This document shows positions 7,495 to 15,699 of a DNA stretch of 15,699 nt, one piece after another. The translations under genes were made by a program, and so were the position numbers. Each line of letters begins with the position of its first letter. Position 1 is the stretch's first letter. This stretch comes from Octopus sinensis (taxonomy: Eukaryota), in contig NW_021825371.1 of the NCBI RefSeq assembly GCF_006345805.1, positions 1 to 15,699 on the forward strand. The letters are read 5' to 3'. The notes beneath the pieces are model-generated. The model worked only from the letters and a program-made list of their open reading frames with translations. It was not told the DNA's origin and searched no databases.

Positions 7495-7516
7495 GGGCGG
7501 GGGTGGGAGCGAGGGG
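7495..7516 (+). other. Canonical G-quadruplex motif containing a GC box
   Basis: GGG-C-GGGGG-T-GGG-AGCGA-GGGG. Confidence 0.55.
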
Positions 7517-7873
7517 TTAGAGAACGAGGGAACGGGTGTATCGTGACGCAACTTTGTAGCCAGAAACCCCAAACACCGAACCCCGAGCCCCGAACCCCAG
7601 AGAATCTTTTTTTCTTCTTTTTCCCTTTGTAAAGTCGTAGCAAGTTTTAAAGCAAATAATGTGTATTGCAGACCCCATAAACGGCTGAAGCAATAATACA
7701 CCATACCAGAAGCAACTTTTGTTCCCTTAAGAATAACTGACGAGCGCAGAGGTTAATCTCCGGATAACCTAACACTTGCACAGGCTGTTCGGCAAAGTCT
7801 TCTGGGTTTCTCATATTTGGTACAGTTCTGAATGGAGTTCTTTTTAAAAGGATTCTTGTACATTTATATCTAT

Positions 7874-8035
7874 AGGCGCAGGAGTGGCTGTGTGGTAAGT
7901 AGCTTGTTTACCAACCACATGGTTCCGGGTTCAGTCCCACTGCGTGGCATCTTGGGCAAGTGGCTTCTGCTATAGCCCCGGGCCGACCAAAGCCTTGTGT
8001 GTGGATTTGGTAGACGGAAACTGAAAGAAGCTGTC

Positions 8036-8078
<43 letters not shown>

Positions 8079-8310
8079 AATATGTATGTGTGTGTGTTTG
8101 TGTGTCTGTGTTTGTGCCCCTAGCATTGCTTGACAACCGGTGCTGGTGTGTTTACGTCTCCGTCACTTAGCGGTTCGGCAAAAAGAGACCGATAGAATAA
8201 GTACTGGGCTTACAAAAGAATAAGTCCCGGGTTCGAGTTGCTCGATTAAAGGCGGTGCTCCAGCGTGGCCGCAGTCAAAATGACTGAAACAAGTAAAAGA
8301 GAGTAAAAGA
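7874..8310 (+). mobile_element. SINE family A, full length, with a 13-bp TSD
   Basis: Complete head to (GAGTAAAAGA) tail; flanks ATTTATATCTATA (7862-7874) and ATTTATATGTATA (8311-8323). Confidence 0.96.
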
Positions 8311-8614
8311 ATTTATATGTATATTTAGACGTCTCTTTTTCATTTGTATGCGAGTGTGTATGTATCAATATATACAGAGAGCCCCATATATATGTATGTG
8401 CATATACATATATGTGCATATATGAGTGTGTGTGTATATCAGCCTTCAGTATACAAACAAAATTCTTCCTATAAATGCACGAGTCGGCAACACAAACGCA
8501 TTATATAAACATATGTCCGTAATACATCTCTCTCTCTCTCTCACACAGTTTTTTCTTGAGCGCACATATATATATATATGAGAGACAGATAGAGAGACAG
8601 GGGTACTTCACAAC

Positions 8615-9358
8615 ACATATATGTGTGTATATATAATATATATATATGTATATATATTATAATATATATATATCTGTGTATGTGTATATGTATATATATA
8701 TATACATATATATGTATATACATATGTATATATATACATATATGTACATATATATGTATATACATATGTATACATATATATACATATATATGTATATACA
8801 TATGTATATATATATACATATATATACATATAATGTATATACATATGTATATAACATAATATACATATATATGTATATACATATGTATATATATATTATA
8901 CATATAATAATTAGTAATATATATACATATATACATATATATATACATATATATACATATATATACATACATATATATATACATATATATACATATATAT
9001 AATATAATGTATTACATATTCTATATATATATACATATATATACATATATATGTATTACATATGTATATATCGATATATATACATATATATGTATATACA
9101 TATGTATATATCGATGTATATATACATATAATGTATATACATATGTATATATCGATAATATACATATATATGTATATACTATGTATATCGATATATATAC
9201 ATATATTGTAATACATATGTATATATTATATACATATATATGTATTACATACATACTATATATGAATACATATGATATATATATATACATATATATGTAT
9301 ATACATACATACATATATATATATATACATATGTATATATATATATACATATATATGT

Positions 9359-9410
<52 letters not shown>
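8615..9410. repeat. ~800-bp (TA)n/(TATACA)-type microsatellite tract
   Basis: Read directly; source of many Y/I/M/C-only ORFs on both strands. Confidence 0.97.
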
Positions 9411-9412
<2 letters not shown>

Positions 9413-9564
9413 GTGTGGTGTGTGTGTGTGTGTGTTATGTGTGTGTATATATATACACACACACATATGAGAGAGGGAATGAGAGATAGAGGTCCTACAC
9501 ACATATGCAAACACACACACACACACACACACGGCTCTTCTAATCTTTCTCCGCTGCTATACAG

Positions 9565-9580
9565 CTTTCTCTTCTAACAG
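9565..9580 (+). CDS. Candidate 16-nt microexon (LSLLT plus 1 nt); product unknown
   Basis: CTAAT branch-like motif (9540-9544), pyrimidine tract, TGC (9555-9557), TACAG acceptor (AG 9563-9564), donor CAG|GTAATG (9581). Confidence 0.45.
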
Positions 9581-9709
9581 GTAATGAGAAAAATTGCCCT
9601 GTGGTAGAATACTTAATTTGGCTGAAAAAAATAGGTTGTGTAGGAGTAACGAGCAAGACTCAACACTTTAAGTATCATGTGACTTAGCCAATACCGAGAG
9701 AGAGATGGT

Positions 9710-9732
9710 TACATACATACATACATACATAA

Positions 9733-9776
<44 letters not shown>

Positions 9777-9974
9777 CATAAAGATATACATATATACATA
9801 ATACATAATATATACATAAATATATACATAATATATACATATATACGTATATATATATATATACATAATATATACGTATATATATATAAACATAATATAT
9901 ACATATATATCTATATATACATAATATATATCAATATATATATATATTACATAATATATACATATATATAATAT

Positions 9975-10028
<54 letters not shown>

Positions 10029-10050
10029 TTATATAATATATACATATACA
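9710..10050. repeat. (TACA)/(TA)n microsatellite tract
   Basis: Read directly. Confidence 0.96.
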
Positions 10051-10136
10051 TTTTACACTTGAGAATTTTTTTTCAATTTTTAGTCTCTACGAGTGACCAC
10101 TGACAAGAATGTTTGTCTGCATATAATGAGTTTCTG

Positions 10137-10175
10137 ATCCTAGATGTTAAAGCTCCTGTCTTTCACATCTAGGAT
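10137..10175. other. Isolated hairpin, 16-bp stem with one mismatch and a 7-nt loop
   Basis: ATCCTAGATGTTAAAG-CTCCTGT-CTTTCACATCTAGGAT. Confidence 0.6.
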
Positions 10176-10413
10176 AAAATAATTTATCAGCAATGGTCAT
10201 ACTCGCCAACGAGTCATAAAATACAGCTATCTGTATTTATGTATATGTTCCTGGTTTTACTTTCCGAATTTTTCATGAATGGAAACAGTGCCTGCTTCTG
10301 CCCACGAAACAAGGCTGACGAAGGGTCGATATAAAAGTAATGGGATGAACAATAGGAACGAAATGGACTCTTTATATGGAGACAAATATTTTGTTTTAAT
10401 AACGGCAATACAT

Positions 10414-10575
10414 AGGCGCAGGTGTGGCTGTGTGGTAAGAAGCTTGCTTCTCAATCACATGGTTCCAGGTTCAGTCCCACAGCCTGGCACCTTCGGCAAG
10501 TGTCTTCTACTCTAGCCTCAGGCTGACCAAAGTCTTGTGAGTGGATTTGTTAGACTGAAACTGAAAGAAGCCCGT

Positions 10576-10615
<40 letters not shown>

Positions 10616-10830
10616 GGGGGGGGTGTCCCATCACCACCACCGCCTGACAACTGGTGTTGGTATGTCTGCGTCCCCGTAACTTAGCAGTTCGGCAAAAGAG
10701 ATCGATACATTAAGTATTCGTCTTTGAAAAATATTAAGTACTGGAGTCGATTCGTTTGACTAGAAGTTCTTCAAAGTGGTGCCCCAGCATGGCCGCAGTT
10801 TGAATCAAGTGAAGGGTATGAAAAAGATAA
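10414..10830 (+). mobile_element. SINE family A, older subfamily with a variant 3' region
   Basis: Family A head and body; the 3' variant ...AAGTACTGGAGTCGATTCG...TTCTTCAAAGTGGTGCCCCAGCATGG is shared with 15085-15310. Confidence 0.88.
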
Positions 10831-11134
10831 CAACTTCAGGGGGTCATCGACCAGACAAGTCTAAAAGTTCTAAGGATCAAATTAGGCGTAAAATAGATCT
10901 CTACCATCGGACTTTAGATTCACACCTGTGGTAATTAGGTCATTTGGTCAGGGAACTAACTGCTTCAGCACCAACCCTGAGAGGCAGGGCTTCAGGAAAC
11001 CGGAAAGGACATGACTAATTATTAAATTAAAATTATTAATTAAAAAATGATAAATTATAAATAGAATTGTAAAAATATTTAGACTATATCCAGATGTGTA
11101 TTATTCAAATACTGACTGACTAACACATGTATAC

Positions 11135-11450
11135 AGGCGTAGGAGTGGCTGTGTGGTAAGTTGCTTGCTTACGAGCCACATGGTTCCGGGTTCAGTCCCA
11201 CTGCGTGGCACCTTGGGCAACTGCCTTCTACTATAGCCTCGGGTCGACCAAAGCCTTGTGACTGGATTTGGTAGACGGAAACTGAAAGAAGCCCGTCGAG
11301 ATAGTGAAGATGCCGACGACCGCTCGGTTCAAAGTCTCCCTTGACCACAAGTGACCTGAACTCTTTACATGAACACCACCCTATACATAACTCCATGTCC
11401 CCCTACATGGCCTTGCTTTTTGCTTTTTGAGCCAAATAATTAAGTAACTA

Positions 11451-11486
<36 letters not shown>

Positions 11487-11705
11487 GCGTATGTGTGTGT
11501 TTGTGTGTCTGTGTTTGTCCCCCCAACATCGCTTGACAACCGATGCTGATGTATTTATGTCCCCGTAACTTAGCGGTTCGGTAAAGGGAGCCCGATAGAA
11601 TAAGTACTAGGCTTACAATGAATAAGTCCTGGGGTCGATTTGCTCGACTAAAGGCGGTGCTCCAGTATGGCCGCAGTCAAATGACTGAAACGAGTAAAAG
11701 AGTAA
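11135..11705 (+). mobile_element. SINE family A, full length, with a nested LINE fragment and a 55-bp flanking duplication
   Basis: Head AGGCGTAGGAGTGGCTG and tail GAGTAAAAGAGTAAA; direct repeats at 11081-11135 and 11706-11760 (52/55 identical). Confidence 0.95.
11298..11452 (+). pseudogene. 5'-truncated 3' end of a CR1/L2-group LINE nested in the SINE
   Basis: Encodes EIVKMPTTARFKVSLDHK*PELFT*, resembling the LPxxVVxAxSxxxFKxxLDxxW C-terminus of CR1-group ORF2. It is followed by a short UTR ending in TAACTAAC and is absent from all other family A copies. Confidence 0.7.
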
Positions 11706-12168
11706 AGACTATATCCAGATGTGTATTATTCAAATACTGACAAACTAACACATGTATATAGAAACGTAGACAAGCATGTTTATGTACACATACATAAGAC
11801 AAACATGCCCTAAGGACGCATGCGCACAGGATCATGCTGTTGAAATATGACTGTACATCCGAAACTTTGAAGTTCGGCTTTGAAACAGACGGGATCTTTG
11901 TGTGAAAGCGAAGATGAATGCTTCAAAAGATTCTCTGAGCCTTTCAAGAGACACAGAGGCCCGTCTGAGTTAGTCTAGAATATCCGGTGAATAGTCGCTG
12001 GCAATAAGGTTTACTAGGATCTGAAGTTTGAGGGAATGAGTATTTGTTGTTGTTGTTGTTGTTGTAACATTGAAAAGTAAAAAAAGGGGTTTGGAGAAGA
12101 ATGGGCGCTGCAGTGAGCCAACGCATATGAACTCGGTTTCTGGACCTTAAGCACCAAGTGCATTCTTT

Positions 12169-12227
12169 TGCCCCAGCATGGCCACAGCTCGTGAGCTGAA
12201 ACTAGATGAAATGAAATGAAAAATGAA
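12169..12227 (+). mobile_element. Orphan retroposon 3' tail ending in (ATGAA)n
   Basis: GCCCCAGCATGGCCACAG is shared with the family A tail, then diverges to CTCGTGAGCTGAAACTAG(ATGAA)n. Confidence 0.6.
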
Positions 12228-12303
12228 CTGGGAAAACAATAACCTGTAGGGGCTTCTGGGATGTGAACTACCTGAATACGGCTATCAATAATATATTGAT
12301 ATT

Positions 12304-12500
12304 GGTTTCAAATTTTGGCACAAGGCCAGCAATTTCGGAGGAGTGGGTAAGTCGATTACATAGACCTCAGAACGCAACTGGTACTTACTTTAACGACCCC
12401 GAAAGGATGAAAGGCAAAGTCGATTTCGGCGGAATTTGAACTCAGAGCGTAGGGACGGGCGAAAAACAGCAAAGCATTTCGCCCGGTGTGCTAACGTCTG
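12304..12500 (-). mobile_element. SINE family B, slightly 5'-truncated, tail type 2
   Basis: Core and the tail GGCCTTGTGCCAAAATTTGAAAC on the reverse strand. Confidence 0.9.
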
Positions 12501-12685
12501 TTATTTCTAAATTGTCCACAAGGGGCTAAACATAGAGGGGACAAACAAGGACAGACAAAGGGATTAAGTCGATTACATCGACCCCAGTACGTAATTGGTA
12601 CTTATTTAATCGACCCCGAAATGATGAAAGGCAAAGTCGACCTCGGCGGAATTTGAATTCAGAACGTAGCGGATGACGAAATACC
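12501..12685 (-). mobile_element. SINE family B, 5'-truncated, tail type 1
   Basis: Core plus the tail TTTGTCTGTCCTTGTTTGTCCCCTCTATGTTTAGCCCCTTGTGG on the reverse strand. Confidence 0.92.
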
Positions 12686-12843
12686 TATTTTTTTTCTACC
12701 CACAAGGGGCTAAACACAGAGAGGACAAACAAGGACAGACAAACGGATTAAGTCGATTACATTGACCTCAGTGCGTAACTGGTACTTATTTAATCGACGC
12801 CGAAAGGATGAAAGGCAAAGTCGACGTCGGCGGAATTTGAACT
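12686..12843 (-). mobile_element. SINE family B, 5'-truncated at the B box, tail type 1
   Basis: Same core and tail as 12501-12685; begins at AGTTCAAATTCCGCC on the reverse strand. Confidence 0.92.
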
Positions 12844-13055
12844 GGGGCTAAACATAAAGGGGACAAACAAGGACAGACAAAGGGATTAAGTCGATTACAT
12901 CAAACCCTGTACGTAACTGGAACTTATTTAATCGACCCCGAAAGGATAAAAGGTAAAGTCGACCTCGGCCGAATTTGAATCCAGACGTTAGCGGCAGACG
13001 AAATACCGCTAAGTATTTCGCCCGGCGCGCTAACGATTCTGCCAGCTCGCCGCCT
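12844..13055 (-). mobile_element. SINE family B with an intact head and a clipped type 1 tail
   Basis: Reverse complement starts AGGCGGCGAGCTGGCAGAATCGTTAGC and ends at TTTAGCCCC. Confidence 0.93.
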
Positions 13056-13063
13056 ATATATTG

Positions 13064-13140
13064 ATTTTCTTTTCTACTCTAGGCACAAGGCCCAAAATTT
13101 TGGGGGAAGGGACCAGTGGATTAGATCGAACCCAGTACTT
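13064..13140 (-). mobile_element. SINE family B 3' fragment, tail type 2
   Basis: Reverse complement AAGTACTGGGTTCGATCTAATCC...GGGCCTTGTGCCTAGAGTAGAAAAGAA. Confidence 0.85.
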
Positions 13141-13263
13141 AATTTTTAATAACGACTCTCGCCTTTCCTTCCGAGTAACTACGTGGTCACAGAAACTAAA
13201 AAAAGCTCTTAAACAGTAAAGAACCTAACATATAGCCTTGCCTAACACCCTTTCTTTACACAG

Positions 13264-13298
13264 AAGAGTTTGAATTTCTGCGGTGCAACAACGAAGCG
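13264..13298 (+). CDS. Candidate 35-nt internal coding exon ((E)EFEFLRCNNEA in the phase 1 to phase 0 reading); product unknown
   Basis: CTAAC branch point (13242-13246, A 18 nt before the exon), pyrimidine tract CCCTTTCTTTAC, ACAG acceptor, donor GCG|GTATGC (13299). It sits in a unique island between repeats. Confidence 0.6.
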
Positions 13299-13309
13299 GT
13301 ATGCATGAA

Positions 13310-13931
13310 TGCACACACACACACACGTACTGAAACATAAATCTACATTATTTATATGCATATGTAAATACATGTCAAAATTAATATATATGTATCCAAA
13401 TATCTACATTTATGTTTTTTAAGATTGCTGCAGATATGTAAACGCATAAAACACTATAAGAATAACCACACACACACATGTACATACGTTCATGCACACA
13501 TACATATACATACACTCGAACAAACACGCATAATATGCATACCCATATATTTACACACATACACACAATATATATATATATACTCATATTTACACATACA
13601 TACACACACATACACACCTATATATATATACACACACACACATATACACACACACACATATACACACACATATATATATATACACACACACACATAAACG
13701 TGCTCTCGTACACACACAACCACACACACACACATACATACACATACACGCATACACACACAAAGACTACACCACACACACATATATACACACACACACA
13801 CACACAGACAGACAAAAACGTGCTCTCGTACACACACAACCACATACACACATGTACACATACATACACATACACGCATACACACACAAACGTACATGCT
13901 GCAAAAACTACACCACACACACACACACACG

Positions 13932-13963
<32 letters not shown>

Positions 13964-14112
13964 TACACACACACAAAAACGTGCTCTCCTACACACACAA
14001 CCACATACACACACATGTACACATACATACACATACACTCACACACACACAAACGTACATGCTGCAAAGACTACATCAAACACACACACACACACACACA
14101 TATACATATATA
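13310..14112. repeat. (CA)/(TA)-rich tract with a higher-order minisatellite
   Basis: AAACGTGCTCTC recurs at 13696, 13816 and 13977; AACGTACATGCTGCAAA occurs twice, about 162 bp apart. Confidence 0.93.
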
Positions 14113-14532
14113 TTTATGAAAAAGAAAATGTCTGCCTTCGCACCGCCGTCTTCTCAGATATTACATATAGGGTGGAGCATAAGGAGCGCCCAAAGACATT
14201 TCTTGAGATTCTCTTTATTTATGTGACACCATTCCTTATTACTTCCTTCCTTTCCTACCACGGCACACACACACACACACACCACACACATACACACAAT
14301 GTATGTATATATCGGTATATGTGTATATATATGTACATATATATATGTGGATATATGCACTCATCAATGCGTGTTACTTGTAAAGATTTGACATGTTTAA
14401 CGCAGTGTTAATACAGTTTTTTTTTAAAGTGCCCCTACGGCAGCAAGTGCAAGATGTGTGAATATACACACATATATATGCACGGACATAATACTATTTA
14501 TATGCATACACACACGCACGCATATATATAAA

Positions 14533-14575
<43 letters not shown>

Positions 14576-14690
14576 CAGTGGGTTGACACCAGGCGAATAA
14601 AATGTTAATGCAGTGTCAATTTCGTAACCCCTCATCCTTCTGCCGTGTGTCTCTGTCCCCTTCGTGTGTGTATACACCATACACACATAA

Positions 14691-14730
14691 TATACGGTTG
14701 GCCCTCGTTTTATACGGTTGGCCCTCGTTT
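14691..14730 (+). repeat. Perfect 20-bp tandem duplication
   Basis: TATACGGTTGGCCCTCGTTT twice. Confidence 0.92.
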
Positions 14731-14784
14731 TACACGTTAGTTTGGTTCCGCGAGTCATGTGTAAATCGAAATCGTAAAGAAATA

Positions 14785-14937
14785 GGTATTTAGTCTATCT
14801 TTACGCTCTGAGTTCACATTCTGCTGAGGTCGACTTTGCCTTTCATCCTTTCGGGGTCGACAATTTAAGTACAAGTCGTGTGCTGGGGGCCACCCTCCCT
14901 CAATATTTCAGGCCTTGTGCCTAGAGCAGAAAAGAAT
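14785..14937 (+). mobile_element. SINE family B, 5'-truncated with an internal deletion, tail type 2
   Basis: GAGTTCACATTCTGCTGAGGTCGACTTTGCCTTTCATCCTTTCGGGGTCGA...GGCCTTGTGCCTAGAGCAGAAAAGAAT. Confidence 0.9.
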
Positions 14938-15084
14938 CGTCCTTTTTAATCAGAAACAGATAATGTATGTGTGTATGTATATATGCATGCATGCGCGTGT
15001 ATGCATGTGTGTGTTAGTATCTATTCATGTGTATATGCTTATGCATGTATACGTGACGTGTGCTTGTGTTCGTTCGTCGACCCC

Positions 15085-15310
15085 ACCACCACCCCACCGT
15101 TTGATAGCTGCTGTTGGTTTGTTTACATCCCCGTGACTTAGCCGTTTATCGCCTCAGCCAAAGAGACCGACAGAATTATTACCATACTTAAAAAACAAAA
15201 CAAAACAAAAAGACAAGTACAGGAGTCGAATCACTCAACCAAAAATTCTTCAAGCGGTGCCCCAGCGTGGTCGCAGTCCAATGAAGCAAGAAAAGCATTA
15301 AAGGCATAAA
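15085..15310 (+). mobile_element. SINE family A, older subfamily, 3' half
   Basis: GTTTACATCCCCGTGACTTAGC...AAAGAGACCGACAGAA...TTCTTCAAGCGGTGCCCCAGCGTGGTCGCAGTC. Confidence 0.8.
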
Positions 15311-15315
15311 ATACA

Positions 15316-15699
15316 TACTCTCTTACTCTCTTACATGTTTCAGTCATTTACTGCGGCATGCTGGAGCACCGCCTTAGTCGAGCAAATCGACCCGGGACTT
15401 ATTCTTTGTAAGCCCAGTAATTATTCTATCGATCTCTTTTGCCGAACCGCTAAGTGAGGGGCGTAAACCACCAGCATGGTTGTCACGCAATGTTAGGGGG
15501 GACAAACACAGACACACAAAAACACACACACATACATATATATATACATATATACGACGGGCTTCTTTCAGTTTCCATCTACCAAATCCACTCACAAGGC
15601 TTTGGTCGGCCCGAGGCTATAGCAGAAGACACTTGCCCAAGATGCCACGCAGTGGGACGAACCCGGAAACCATGGGGTGGTTAGCAAGCTTATTACCAC
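15316..15699 (-). mobile_element. SINE family A, running off the window end
   Basis: Reverse complement of the family A tail, body, internal microsatellite and most of the head. Confidence 0.93.

Noticed and set aside
7091-7546. 151-aa poly-D/poly-M ORF
   Set aside because: It is driven by the (GAT)n microsatellite; the D-to-M switch is only a frameshift in the repeat.
7600-7700. Long pyrimidine tract followed by AG
   Set aside because: No good downstream GT donor, and all frames close quickly.
8541-9971. Many 69-160 aa Y/I/M/C ORFs
   Set aside because: These are (TA)n-tract artefacts with no realistic amino-acid composition.
11774-11808. Short inverted repeat GCATGTTT...AAACATGC
   Set aside because: An 8-bp stem in AT/CA-rich DNA is expected by chance.
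12304-13055. Repeat array superficially like CRISPR
   Set aside because: Units are 160-210-bp SINE copies with no unique spacers, in a eukaryotic context with no cas genes.
13381-14411. ORFs up to 213 aa rich in H/T or V/C
   Set aside because: These are (CA)n/(TG)n artefacts. The non-repeat end (about 14115-14250) has an acceptor-like CTTCTCAG but no convincing donor.

Overview
Eukaryotic, AT-rich and repeat-dominated DNA with no prokaryotic features. The SINE families look like those of Octopus (a coleoid cephalopod), which I recognise from recall and not from a search. The window reads as intronic DNA of a large gene, or as intergenic DNA. It contains about 9 copies or fragments of a tRNA-headed SINE with an internal (TA)n(TG)n tract (my label: family A) and about 11 copies or fragments of a second tRNA-headed SINE (family B). 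It also holds one SINE of a third family, a complete 513-bp non-autonomous Helitron, and a 933-bp TIR element with an internal triplication and TTAGGG repeats. There are 3' remnants of R4/Dong-like and CR1-like LINEs and long microsatellites. Essentially all ORFs in the supplied track are artefacts of microsatellites or SINEs. The best non-repeat signal is two tiny + strand exon candidates, 16 nt at 9565-9580 and 35 nt at 13264-13298. Each has a branch point, pyrimidine tract, AG and GT donor, and they splice into one open 17-codon frame (LSLLTEEFEFLRCNNEA). Other notable observations: an inverted, locally templated 148-bp insertion with an 8-bp target duplication; a 55-bp target duplication around one SINE; a spacer-less head-to-tail SINE concatemer; and a stem-loop shared between two SINE families.
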